Shown: piece after piece, positions 48,463 through 59,545 of the stretch | Layout: the number at the start of each line of letters is the position of its first letter | Position numbering within the stretch: position 1 is the stretch's first letter | From: Tolypothrix carrinoi HA7290-LM1 | GTDB lineage: Bacteria; Cyanobacteriota; Cyanobacteriia; Cyanobacteriales; Nostocaceae | Length of the DNA: 64,000 bases | Reading direction: 5' to 3' | Assembly: GCA_019358935.1 (NCBI GenBank) | Contig: JAHHIK010000002.1 | Location: 105,507 to 169,506, forward strand | Notes under the pieces: generated by a model | Seen by the model: the letters and a program-made list of their open reading frames with translations, nothing else | The model's database searches: none | What the model was told of the DNA's origin: nothing | Position numbers and translations under genes: made by a program

Positions 48463-48577
48463 AAAGGCTACGCGATACCTAAGAAGAGCGCGAACGCTGT
48501 ACGCGGTACGGGAAGCTTTCCTGCGGTTCCCTACGGGTATGCGCTTCGCCCTACACACAATCCCTAAAATATGCGAT

Positions 48578-49310
48578 TTAGTGTAAACCTGCTTAACAGT
48601 GTTTCTAAGCCTTACAGTCTTCAGATCGAGTAAGCTGTACGTATATTTATCATCCTCTTTGCTTTGTAAGGTTGCAATGATTTTCTCAGTCTTGCGCTTG
48701 CCTCTACGTTGACCGTACAGACGTGCGGCAAAACTAGTAATGATTGCTACTAAATCTTCCATCAGTTCATCACGTCCGTTTTCCGATTCGTTGACTATCT
48801 CTAAAGTCACATCACAACGGTTTAGTAAAACGTCAATGTAATGTGTACCGAAACGTCCCAAACGGTCTTTATGCTCAACTATTAAAAATTGGTAATCATC
48901 CTGTTTTAAGAGGCGCTCTAGCTTCTTGCGGTTATCGTTCAACCCGCTCCCTACCTCTTTTACAATGTGTTGAACTTGATAACCCTTTGCTGTAGCGTAT
49001 TGGGTTAACCGTTCGGCTTGTCTATCTAAATTGTCTTTGTTTTCTCCACTGGAAACTATGAGCGTAAATAGCCGCTTTATTTGCTGCGCCAAGAGCGGTT
49101 CTTGGGTCGTAATCTACAATTACTGTTCCAGAGTCGAGCTGTCTTGTCGGGTAAGGAATTTTACCAGCCTTAAAATGTCTCCATGCAGTCTGGTAAGAAA
49201 TTCCCAATTCCTTCGCGTAGTCTGCTAGCTTCATGTCAGGTTCATCAATGAATCTGAAGATACATGACTATATTAGACTATATTTCAGGTAAAGATTTTC
49301 CATACTTTAC
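48578..49310 (-). mobile_element. Decayed IS607-family element (frameshifted tnpA, tnpB absent); boundaries approximate
   Basis: TnpA homology, plus GACTATATT direct repeats upstream (49266-49284). Confidence 0.65.
48650..49234 (-). pseudogene. tnpA: IS607 TnpA serine recombinase, frameshifted
   Basis: MKLADYAKELGISYQTAWR (HTH)...AAIYA, frameshift near 49060, then VSSGENKDNLDRQ...EVGSGLN...EHKDRLGRFG...ELMEDLVAIITSFAARLYGQR. Confidence 0.85.
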
Positions 49311-49431
49311 TTGAGCGAATCATAAAATATTAAAATCGGAACTGAGAATAAACTCAGCCCCGATAAAAAAGCGGGCTAACCGCTAGTAAACCTGGTTAAC
49401 CCGTGCAGCTTTGGGAACGCGCAGAGAAATA

Positions 49432-49782
49432 TTATTGCAATACCAACTTAACGTTGGCATTTTGCAGACCGCGCTGTTTCACTTCAGCCAAGGTTTTGTT
49501 AACGGCATACTTTTGGTTGATCGAGTTGATCAACTCGGTCTGATTGTGCTTCTTAGCAACGCCCCACAGGTCAGCAATTAGGTCAAAGGAACCGTCGCTG
49601 TTGCGAGACCAACCTAAATCATATTCGCCTTCCAACACGGCAACGATGTCAGAACGAACACGTTGACCGTTGTAACCACGAACATCAGCTTCTGTCTTTG
49701 TGCTGATACCCAGGTCCCGTAAGGAAGCTTTGAGGATTTCAGCGTCGGTGATTTTGGTACGGAGAGTGCTAAAATGAGACAT
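49432..49782 (-). CDS. DUF1257/Ycf35-family protein (Slr0376-like)
   Basis: MSHFSTLRTKITD...ADVRGYNGQ...FDLIADLW; GGAGG RBS before ATG 49782. Confidence 0.85.
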   Translation of the reverse strand: MSHFSTLRTKITDAEILKASLRDLGISTKTEADVRGYNGQRVRSDIVAVLEGEYDLGWSRNSDGSFDLIADLWGVAKKHNQTELINSINQKYAVNKTLAEVKQRGLQNANVKLVLQ

Positions 49783-49921
49783 TTGGGTTTCCTCCAGAGA
49801 GAAGATTGGGAAAAACGACAACGGTTTGTTTTAGGCACAGCCGCGCATATCAGGACGCGGCTTTTTTCTTAACTGCTAGCTTTGAGCTAGCCTTTGCCCC
49901 CGTGTTAGCAGGGGAAAGCTT

Positions 49922-51433
49922 TTAGAACTCCATTCGCTGATATTCAGCTACGGAGGATGCTGCGGGTCTTGCACGCTGTCTAGCCCAGTCCCTCAGGGCT
50001 GTGACTTGTTCTTGCATCGTTCGAGACAGCGGCAGTGTTGCCTTGAGTGCAGCAATAATATCTAACTGGGTGAACTCGCGTTCTTGGGCAAAAGCTTCGT
50101 ACATTGCCGCAACGATCGCTTGTTCAATTTCTGCTCCCGAAAAGCCGTCGGACATCTTGGCTAATTGTTCCAAGTCAAATCGAGTAATGTCTTCCCGGCG
50201 TTTCGTTAGGTGAATCTTGTATATATCTTGCCGTTCTTCAGGTGTAGGCAGATCGACAAAGAAAATTTCATCAAAGCGTCCTTTCCTCAAAAATTCCCCA
50301 GGCAAGCGTTCAACTCTGTTTGCAGTTGCCATTACAAATACTGGAGATTTTTTCTCTTGCATCCAAGTCAGGAAAGAACCGAAGATCCGGCTGGAAGTAC
50401 CGCCATCAGAATCACCAGAACCACCACTACCAGCGAAGGATTTATCTAACTCATCGATAAATAGAATTGCTGGAGAAATCGATTCTGCTGTCTTTAAGGC
50501 GTTACGTAGGTTCGCTTCACTTCGACCCACCATTGAGCCGTCGTAAACTCGCCCCATATCCAAGCGCAACAAAGGTAAACCCCACAGCCGAGAAGTTGTT
50601 TTGGCTATCAACGACTTACCACAACCGGGAACTCCCAAAATTAACATTCCTTTCGGTTGGGGCAAACCATACTCTCTTGCTCTTTCTGTGAAAGCATTAG
50701 AGCGTTGCTTCAGCCATTTCTTTAACTCTTCTAAGCCGCCTACAGCGTCAATGGTTGCATCTTCCTCGATGTATTCTAATATACCATTGCGCCGAATTAG
50801 TTGCTTTTTCTCAGATAAAACTATATCTACTTCATCTTCGGTCAAACGCCCGATAGTTACCTGTGCCTTACGGTAGACTTTTTCGGCTTCATCTTTAGTT
50901 AAACCTAAAGCTGCTCTCAGAAGCTTTTCTCGCGCTTCTGTTGACAACCGCCGTCCACGATTTTGGTCTATATGGTGAGTCAATACTTTATTTAACTCAG
51001 CCATATCTGGCAACTGAAAGTCTATAACAACAACTTCTTTTTCCAGTTCTATAGGAACATTCTGCATTGGCGACATCAAGATGATGTTTTTCTGCATTCC
51101 TTTGAATTGGGCGATCGCATCTCTTAACGATCTTGTTGTCGCAGGCGCATCAATAAACGGATGTAAATCTTTAAGAATAAATATACCTGGTTCTCTTTGC
51201 CGGATTATCCACTCAATCGCCGCTTCTGGAGAAACGGTGTTATGCTGAGTTACATTCCGGGGTTGCCCATACTCCACGATGCCGTGAGTTACTGTCCACA
51301 CATAAACTCGCCGAGTTGGCTTTAACATTTGGGCGATTGTGGAAATTGATTGCTCTGCCCGCTCTTCCTCGGAGGTCACAAGGTAGATTAAAGGGTATTG
51401 AGCTTGAATGAGGATATTTAGCTCTTCTTTCAT
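49922..51433 (-). CDS. ycf46: Ycf46-family AAA+ ATPase (Slr0374-like)
   Basis: GVPGCGKS, LFIDELDK and LRKGRFDEIFFVDLP; degenerate N-terminal AAA domain. Confidence 0.88.
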   Translation of the reverse strand: MKEELNILIQAQYPLIYLVTSEEERAEQSISTIAQMLKPTRRVYVWTVTHGIVEYGQPRNVTQHNTVSPEAAIEWIIRQREPGIFILKDLHPFIDAPATTRSLRDAIAQFKGMQKNIILMSPMQNVPIELEKEVVVIDFQLPDMAELNKVLTHHIDQNRGRRLSTEAREKLLRAALGLTKDEAEKVYRKAQVTIGRLTEDEVDIVLSEKKQLIRRNGILEYIEEDATIDAVGGLEELKKWLKQRSNAFTERAREYGLPQPKGMLILGVPGCGKSLIAKTTSRLWGLPLLRLDMGRVYDGSMVGRSEANLRNALKTAESISPAILFIDELDKSFAGSGGSGDSDGGTSSRIFGSFLTWMQEKKSPVFVMATANRVERLPGEFLRKGRFDEIFFVDLPTPEERQDIYKIHLTKRREDITRFDLEQLAKMSDGFSGAEIEQAIVAAMYEAFAQEREFTQLDIIAALKATLPLSRTMQEQVTALRDWARQRARPAASSVAEYQRMEF

Positions 51434-51526
51434 ACTATCGACCTACGTGAGACCTTATAAAGACAGTAATGACATCGTTGATAATGGCAACCGACGAATT
51501 ATGAATATTACATTCATAATTCCGGT

Positions 51527-51871
51527 CTAGCAAGGAACTAATTCTTCCTCACCTTTGGGATAAGTTTCATCCTCATCCATTTCGTTGACGGGTAAATGCT
51601 CTTGAGTTACCCCTGCTTGATTGCCTAAGGCTACCAATTCTCCGTCGCGTAAGACTAAGGAACTCTCACAAGATGGGCAGGAATAAACTCTATGAGTTCG
51701 TCCATAAGAAGACGCTTCTACTTCATCAACTAATTCTGAATTTGCCAGGTAGAAAACGAGGGCACGTTCTGCAAGATCTGACATTGGTTCAGAATCTACT
51801 GCTGAACGAATCTTCAGTTTCCTGTGTAGTTCTGGCGACAAATATAAAGTAACCTTTTGCTTCGTTTGCAT
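51527..51871 (-). CDS. Hypothetical protein with an RHH-like N-terminus and CxxC (Slr0373-like)
   Basis: KQKVTLYLSPELHRKLKIRS and HRVYSCPSC; first gene of the ycf46 operon. Confidence 0.75.
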   Translation of the reverse strand: MQTKQKVTLYLSPELHRKLKIRSAVDSEPMSDLAERALVFYLANSELVDEVEASSYGRTHRVYSCPSCESSLVLRDGELVALGNQAGVTQEHLPVNEMDEDETYPKGEEELVPC

Positions 51872-52182
51872 ATAACTCTTGTTGGTCTTACCCGGGTATG
51901 TATTTCACGATATCGGCTTGGTTCTAGCTTGTCAAGACGGCAAAACGTTTTGACGCCTATTTCGTTACATTTATTTACTTTTCGCGAAAATCTGATTTGA
52001 TGCAAATGTAGATCGGTGAGAAAATATTAGCTGTTTTGTTACACAGAGTAGGTAGAAAGCACAGATATTGCTACTGTTCTGTAAAATCTGAAGCTATCAA
52101 GCAAAAGTCTTTAATGAGTAGATTTTCCGGCTGAGGATCTGACTATTTACGTTCATCAGCGAACCAGGTAAAAGGTGTAATA

Positions 52183-52716
52183 ATGTCTACCGCTACTAAA
52201 ACCTATACAGAACGAAAAACTTATGCGAACGCGAACGGCGTTGGCAAAGCCATCGCCTTATCGTTAATCTTATGCGGTTGTAATGCGCCCAGTTTCACCA
52301 ACTCCGGTGTCACATGGAAAACTTATACTAATTCCCGTTATGGCTTTGAATTTTTATATCCCAGCACCTGGACTTCTTTACCACCGCCAGAAAATAATGA
52401 TGGCATAGCGTTTGTTTCACCGCAAAATACGAAAGTAGAAATTCGCGGTTGGGCAGGGAATCGGCTACCAGACGCAATAATTACAGATAAAAACGCTAAA
52501 AAAACGATAAATCCCAACTTTAAGACGAATCAAGGAGTATCTGGGGTGCTGGAGGTAGAAATTGGTAGTCAAGAAAGTTCGATGACACTAACACTAACAA
52601 AGGCTCAAGTCAAATATTATTGGCAAGGGCGATCGCCAGCGTCCGAATTTAGCAATTATTATCGCGTGTTTTACTATATCGCCCAGGAGTACCGCATTTC
52701 TGGGCAGGGGGGATGA
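52183..52716 (+). CDS. Hypothetical lipoprotein, PsbP-like fold possible
   Basis: LILCGC lipobox and WKTYTNSRYGFEFLYPSTW; start uncertain. Confidence 0.6.
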   Translation: MSTATKTYTERKTYANANGVGKAIALSLILCGCNAPSFTNSGVTWKTYTNSRYGFEFLYPSTWTSLPPPENNDGIAFVSPQNTKVEIRGWAGNRLPDAIITDKNAKKTINPNFKTNQGVSGVLEVEIGSQESSMTLTLTKAQVKYYWQGRSPASEFSNYYRVFYYIAQEYRISGQGG

Positions 52717-54078
<1,362 letters not shown>

Positions 54079-54082
54079 AGCA

Positions 54083-54373
54083 ATGCGATCGCTTATTCTC
54101 TGGCTGTTAGTCATACTACCAGGTATGGCAGCTAGCACTATGAGCGTCTACTACCTAATTCCGGAATGGGTAGTACTAGATGCTAGCTACAAGCATTATC
54201 AGCAAATAGCTAAGTCTTCATCTTCAACGGTGAATGACTTACTAATTGCTGAAGCAGCAGAAAACAGACATAGAATAAATTGCTTTGCTGAGGGTGTCGG
54301 AGTTTTGTTAGGTGGGGTTATTGTCGCTATTGGCATTCATGGCATTTGCACCTTGCCTAACAAGACATCTTAA
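54083..54373 (+). CDS. Small two-TM hypothetical protein
   Basis: MRSLILWLL...HRINCFAEGVGVLLGGVIVAIGIHG; ATG 4 bp after the sqdB stop. Confidence 0.7.
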   Translation: MRSLILWLLVILPGMAASTMSVYYLIPEWVVLDASYKHYQQIAKSSSSTVNDLLIAEAAENRHRINCFAEGVGVLLGGVIVAIGIHGICTLPNKTS

Positions 54374-54392
54374 TTTGAATGGGAAACTTGAT

Positions 54393-55037
54393 ATGCAGCT
54401 TGCTACAGAAGCTTACTTAACTCAAGTAAGTCGATTGCCTAAAACTGGTCGCCATATTATAGCACAATATGACGACCATTCAATAGTTGTTTATCAAGCT
54501 TACCGTCCAGAAATTGGTCATTTTGCCGCCACTCATAATTATTTTGGGGGAGAATTTAAACTTGATCGCATGAGTTGGATCAAGACTAACTTTTTGTGGA
54601 TGATGTACCGTTCTGGGTGGGGTAGAAAAATAGATCAAGAGGTAGTATTGGCAATTTGGCTTCAACGTGCAGCTTTTGAGGAAATTTTAGCAGCAGCGGT
54701 GCATTCTAGCTTTGAGCCAGAATCATACTCAAGTAGAAGCGAATGGGAAAAAGCCTTAAAGCGATCGCAAGTCCGCTTGCAATGGGATCCGGATCATCAC
54801 CCATCTGGGGCAAAATTAGAAAGACGCGCTATTCAGCTAGGGTTACGCGGTCAAATTTTAGCTAATTACGCCAAAAATTGGATTGTCAACATTGAGGATA
54901 TCTCTGAATTCGTGCAGCAGCAACGGCAAAACATTAAAAGTGGCTGTGCGGAATTGATTACGCCCCGCGAAACAGTTTACTCTGTCATTGATATCGAAAT
55001 CCAACAAAAGCTGGGATTATCTGTTTTTACTGAATAG
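54393..55037 (+). CDS. DUF4291-family protein
   Basis: IVVYQAY, RMSWIKTNFLWMMYRSGWG, VRLQWDPDH and RRAIQLGL. Confidence 0.85.
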   Translation: MQLATEAYLTQVSRLPKTGRHIIAQYDDHSIVVYQAYRPEIGHFAATHNYFGGEFKLDRMSWIKTNFLWMMYRSGWGRKIDQEVVLAIWLQRAAFEEILAAAVHSSFEPESYSSRSEWEKALKRSQVRLQWDPDHHPSGAKLERRAIQLGLRGQILANYAKNWIVNIEDISEFVQQQRQNIKSGCAELITPRETVYSVIDIEIQQKLGLSVFTE

Positions 55038-55043
55038 TTTTTT

Positions 55044-56177
55044 ATGCGAATTGCCTTATTCACCGAAACCTTTTTGCCCAAGGTTGACGGCATTGTGACG
55101 CGCCTAAGCCACACCGTAGACCATTTACAGCGCAACGGCGACTCTGTGATGGTGATTGCCCCTGAGGGTGGAATTACTGAATATAAAGGAGCGAAAGTAT
55201 ACGGTGTAACTGGCTTTCCCCTGCCGCTGTATCCAGAGTTAAAAATGGCACTTCCTCGCCCTGCAATTGGCTACGAACTGGAAAAGTTTCAGCCGCATGT
55301 TATTCATGTAGTAAATCCGGCGGTTTTGGGATTAGCGGGGATATTTCATAGCAAAACACATAATATTCCCCTTGTAGCGTCTTATCATACGCACTTGCCG
55401 CAGTATCTTCACCATTACGGCTTGGGAATGTTAGAAGGTTTTTTATGGGAATTGCTGAAAGCGGGGCATAATCAAGCAGCGTTGAATTTGTGTACCTCTA
55501 CAGCGATGATGGAGGAATTGACAACACATGGTATAGAAAGGGTGAACTTGTGGCAAAGAGGAGTAGATACAGAATTATTTCATCCAGATTTAGCGAGTGA
55601 GGAAATGCGATCGCGTTTATCGCAAAATCACCCAGAGAGCCATTTGCTACTATACGTCGGTCGTCTGGGTGCTGAAAAAGAAATTGAGCGCATCAAACCA
55701 ATTTTAGAGGCAATTCCCGCAGCGCGTTTGGCATTGGTGGGAGATGGTCCCCACCGTCAAGCACTCGAAAAACACTTTGCTGGGACAAATACTAATTTTG
55801 TCGGTTATCTTACCGGCAGAGATTTAGGTTCTGCGTTTGCTAGCGCTGATGCTTTTATCTTTCCTTCCCGTACAGAAACGTTAGGATTAGTATTATTAGA
55901 GGCAATGGCTGCTGGGTGTCCGGTGGTAGCAGCTCGTTCTGGCGGAATTCCTGATATTGTTACAGATGGGGTGAATGGGTATCTTTTTGAACCAGAAGCT
56001 GATATCCAAAGTGCTATAACCGCTACTGTTCGCCTTCTAGAACAGAAACAAGAACGAGAAATCATCCGTCAAAATGCCCGACGAGAAGCAGAACTTTGGG
56101 GCTGGGCATCTGCCACACGCCAGCTACAAGATTATTATCAAAAAGTGCTCTACTCTGAATATTCCAAAGCTGCATAA
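55044..56177 (+). CDS. sqdX: Sulfoquinovosyl transferase (GT4)
   Basis: MRIALFTETFLPKVDGIVTRL, ASYHTH and FPSRTETLGLVLLEAMA; clustered with sqdB. Confidence 0.88.
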   Translation: MRIALFTETFLPKVDGIVTRLSHTVDHLQRNGDSVMVIAPEGGITEYKGAKVYGVTGFPLPLYPELKMALPRPAIGYELEKFQPHVIHVVNPAVLGLAGIFHSKTHNIPLVASYHTHLPQYLHHYGLGMLEGFLWELLKAGHNQAALNLCTSTAMMEELTTHGIERVNLWQRGVDTELFHPDLASEEMRSRLSQNHPESHLLLYVGRLGAEKEIERIKPILEAIPAARLALVGDGPHRQALEKHFAGTNTNFVGYLTGRDLGSAFASADAFIFPSRTETLGLVLLEAMAAGCPVVAARSGGIPDIVTDGVNGYLFEPEADIQSAITATVRLLEQKQEREIIRQNARREAELWGWASATRQLQDYYQKVLYSEYSKAA

Positions 56178-56180
56178 CAT

Positions 56181-56786
56181 TTGGTAATTAGTAATGGGTA
56201 ATTGGTAATTGGTAATGGGTAATTGGGCATTGGGGAGCCAGTGCCGTGCGGAGGCGCCCTCCGTTGAGGCAACTGGCGTCATGGGGCATAGGTTTGGCTG
56301 TGCGGTGAGGCAGCCCCCTCAGGAGCGGTTCCCGTCGAACGCGAGTGCGTCTGGTGACAGGAGATGGGGGACTGCCTCTCCCGTTGGGTCTTGGTGTCGA
56401 ACCTGCGTGGAGCACCTGCCGTCATTGGGCATAGGTTTGGCTGTGCGTTGGGGAGCCAGTGCCGTGGTGAGGCAGCGCGGTCTTCTCCCAAAGGGAGAGG
56501 CGCTCCGCCAAGGGGAGGCAGTGCGGTGGACGGGTTCCACAGGCTACAGCACCTGCCGTGGTTTCCCCCATGAGCGACTGCCGCTCATGGTTTCCCGACT
56601 TAAGGCACAGCCGCGTCCGGCTCTGCCGACAGCCGCGCACCTGCCGTCATGGAGCATTGGACATCGGTAATAATTCTTTTTCTAGTTCCTAGTCCCTAGT
56701 CCCCATTCCCCATTCCCCATTCCCCATTCCCCATCCCCCATTCCCCATTGCCCCATTCCCCATTCCCCATTCCCCATTCCCCATTC
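56181..56786. repeat. Composite repeat region: STRR tracts with several nested ~50-bp small dispersed repeats
   Basis: GGGGAG(C/G)CAGTGC...CTG(G/C)CGTC units recur between (GGTAATT)n and (CCCCATT)n tracts. Confidence 0.8.
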
Positions 56787-56799
56787 GCAATCCCTAATC

Positions 56800-59409
56800 A
56801 TGACACTTCCCAGCCCTGGTAGCGTCCTGGCTACATTAACTGAACTTACTCAGGTTAATCGCACCCACGCTCTACTGCGTCGTGTCAAAGACCTTTCTGT
56901 AAACGAATTTGTTTGCTTACTAGATTTTATTACCGCAGAGTTTCAGCAATTTCTGAGGGCAATTGAACTAATTAATAATGAAGCCTTAGAAACAATGCTG
57001 GAGAAGGTACTAGAGGCAATTACACTCAAAATTGGTCAAATTCTCCAAGCTGAACACACTACCATTTTTTTGGTTGACCATGACAAAAATCAATTGTGGT
57101 CAAAAGTTCCCCAAGATAACACCCAAAAACCTTTAGAAATTCGCACTCCGATCGCAGTAGGCATTCCCGGTCATGTTGCCAGTACGGGTGAATATTTAAA
57201 CATATCTCAAGCCTCTACTCACCCTTTATTTAGCCCAGAATTAGAAAAACAAATGGGCTACAAAATCCGCAATATTTTATGTATGCCAGTTGTCAGTAGC
57301 AAAAATCAGATAGTGGCAGTGGTACAACTAGCTAATAAAGCGGGAAATATTCCTTTTAATTATGATGATGAAGTTTGTTTTCGAGATTTTGCTTCTTCTA
57401 TTGGTATTATCTTAGAAAGTTGCCAATCTTTCTATGTAGCAGCTCGCAATCAAAGAGGTGCTACGGCACTTTTGCGGGCTACTCAAACATTAGGGCAAAG
57501 TCTCGATTTAGAAGCTACTTTACAAATAGTAATGGAGCAAGCCCGGATTTTAATGCAAGCAGACCGCAGCACGCTGTTTTTGCATCGCAAAGAAATGGGC
57601 GAACTTTGGACGAAGGTAGAGGTAGCCGATCGCTCAACTATGGTAGAAATCCGCATCCCTGCTAATCGTGGCATTGTCGGTTATGTAGCATCCACCGGTC
57701 AAGCTTTAAATATCTCGGATGCTTACAAAGACCCGCGCTTTGACCCAACTACAGATAGAAAAACTGGTTATAAAACTCGGAATATTCTCTGTTTGCCTGT
57801 GTTTAATTCCGCTAATGAATTAATTGGCGTGACGCAGTTAATTAATAAGCAACAAGGCAGTTTTACTTCCTCTGATGAAGAGTTTATGAGAGCATTTAAT
57901 ATTCAAGCAGGAATTGCGCTGGAAAATGCTCGTTTATTTGAAAGTGTGCTGTTAGAAAAACAATATCAAAAAGACATTTTGCAAAGTCTATCTGATGCGG
58001 TAATTTCTACAGATATGGAAGGGCGGATTGTCACAATTAATGATGCGGCTTTAGAGTTACTTGGTTGTCCTTTAGGAGAAGTTAATGCCAAAAATAACAA
58101 GCCTTTGTGGGAAAAAAATTTGATTAATCGGCTGGTTTGGGAGGTTGTGCCGATTGACAATTTGCAAATGCGATTGGAGGATAGTTTAAAGACTGGCGCA
58201 AGACATTATGTGCCAGAGCAAAGTTTAATAGTGGGGCTGTGTAAAGTTAGGAGTGAGGAGTTAAGTAGAGACGTTTCATCGGAACGTCTGTACGGGAGTA
58301 AAGAAATTAGTACGCATGACATTTATATTTTGGCAGTAGGCGATCGCACTAACCCAGATATATTTATCCCCTGGAATCAACCGCTTACTCCCCAATCTGA
58401 GTTATTAAATTCTGCTGCTGTAAAAAAAATAGAACGCAGTACTAATCTCACTGTCAACCCCTTAACGAATCCAGAAGGGGGGGTGCGCGGTGGTTTGGTG
58501 GTGCTAGAAGACATCAGTCAGGAAAAACGGATGAAAACTACAATGTACCGTTACCTGACACCCCATGTGGCAGAGCAAGTTATGGCATTGGGGGAAGATG
58601 CTTTAATGGTAGGTGAGCGCAAGGAAGTCACCATTTTGTTTTCTGATATCCGAGGCTACACCACACTGACAGAAAATCTCGGTGCGGCTGAAGTAGTATC
58701 GCTGCTAAATCAGTATTTTGAAACGATGGTGGAAGCGGTTTTTAACCACGAAGGTACTTTAGATAAGTTTATTGGGGATGCTTTAATGGCAGTGTTTGGT
58801 GCCCCGCTACCGCTAGTGGAAAATCATGCTTGGAAGGCGATACAATCGGCGTTGGATATGCGAAAACGATTAGCGGAATTTAACCAACGGCGGATTATTC
58901 AAGCACAACCAGAAATTCATATTGGGATTGGTATTAGTTCTGGGGAAGTGGTTTCGGGTAATATTGGTTCCCAGAAACGAATGGATTATACGGTAATTGG
59001 CGATGGCGTGAATTTAAGTTCGCGCTTGGAAGGAGTAACTAAAGAATATGGCTGTGATATTATTTTAAGTGAGTTTACTTACGAATTGTGTAGCCATCGC
59101 ATCTGGGTACGCGAGTTAGACAGAATTCGCGTTAAGGGTAAACATCAAGCGGTGAATATTTATGAGTTGATTGGCGATCGCTCTACTCCCCTAGACAACA
59201 CCACCCAGGAATTTTTATCACATTACCATGCCGGACGCGCCGCTTATTTATCGCGCCATTTTAAAGAGGCGATCGCCTGTTTTCAAGCCGCAAAACGCAT
59301 CCGACCCACAGACCAAGCTGTTAATATCCATCTAGAACGCGCTCGTAATTATCAACAAACACCTCCCCCAAGTTCCTGGGATGGAGTCTGGACAATGGTT
59401 GCAAAGTGA
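56800..59409 (+). CDS. cyaB1: Class III adenylate cyclase CyaB1 (GAF-GAF-PAS-cyclase)
   Basis: MTLPSPGSVLATLTELTQVNRTHALL N-terminus, two GAF NKFDE-type motifs, FSDIRGYT, DKFIGDALMA and DYTVIGDGVNLSSRLE. Confidence 0.92.
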   Translation: MTLPSPGSVLATLTELTQVNRTHALLRRVKDLSVNEFVCLLDFITAEFQQFLRAIELINNEALETMLEKVLEAITLKIGQILQAEHTTIFLVDHDKNQLWSKVPQDNTQKPLEIRTPIAVGIPGHVASTGEYLNISQASTHPLFSPELEKQMGYKIRNILCMPVVSSKNQIVAVVQLANKAGNIPFNYDDEVCFRDFASSIGIILESCQSFYVAARNQRGATALLRATQTLGQSLDLEATLQIVMEQARILMQADRSTLFLHRKEMGELWTKVEVADRSTMVEIRIPANRGIVGYVASTGQALNISDAYKDPRFDPTTDRKTGYKTRNILCLPVFNSANELIGVTQLINKQQGSFTSSDEEFMRAFNIQAGIALENARLFESVLLEKQYQKDILQSLSDAVISTDMEGRIVTINDAALELLGCPLGEVNAKNNKPLWEKNLINRLVWEVVPIDNLQMRLEDSLKTGARHYVPEQSLIVGLCKVRSEELSRDVSSERLYGSKEISTHDIYILAVGDRTNPDIFIPWNQPLTPQSELLNSAAVKKIERSTNLTVNPLTNPEGGVRGGLVVLEDISQEKRMKTTMYRYLTPHVAEQVMALGEDALMVGERKEVTILFSDIRGYTTLTENLGAAEVVSLLNQYFETMVEAVFNHEGTLDKFIGDALMAVFGAPLPLVENHAWKAIQSALDMRKRLAEFNQRRIIQAQPEIHIGIGISSGEVVSGNIGSQKRMDYTVIGDGVNLSSRLEGVTKEYGCDIILSEFTYELCSHRIWVRELDRIRVKGKHQAVNIYELIGDRSTPLDNTTQEFLSHYHAGRAAYLSRHFKEAIACFQAAKRIRPTDQAVNIHLERARNYQQTPPPSSWDGVWTMVAK

Positions 59410-59410
59410 A

Positions 59411-59545
59411 TAGTTAGGAGTTAGGAGTTAGGAGTTAGGAGTTAGGAGTGAGGAAGATGAGGAAGATGAGGAAGATGAGGAAGATAGGAAGACAAACTCC
59501 CCCTGCCCGTTGCCCCCTGCCCCCTGCCCGTTGCCCCCTGTCCCC
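59411..59545. repeat. STRR-type tracts (TAGGAGT)n, (GAGGAAGAT)n and (CCCCCTG)n between convergent genes
   Basis: Direct reading. Confidence 0.8.

Noticed and set aside
56188..56670. Several short ORFs on both strands
   Set aside because: They lie wholly within GC-rich nested repeats and have no protein-like features.
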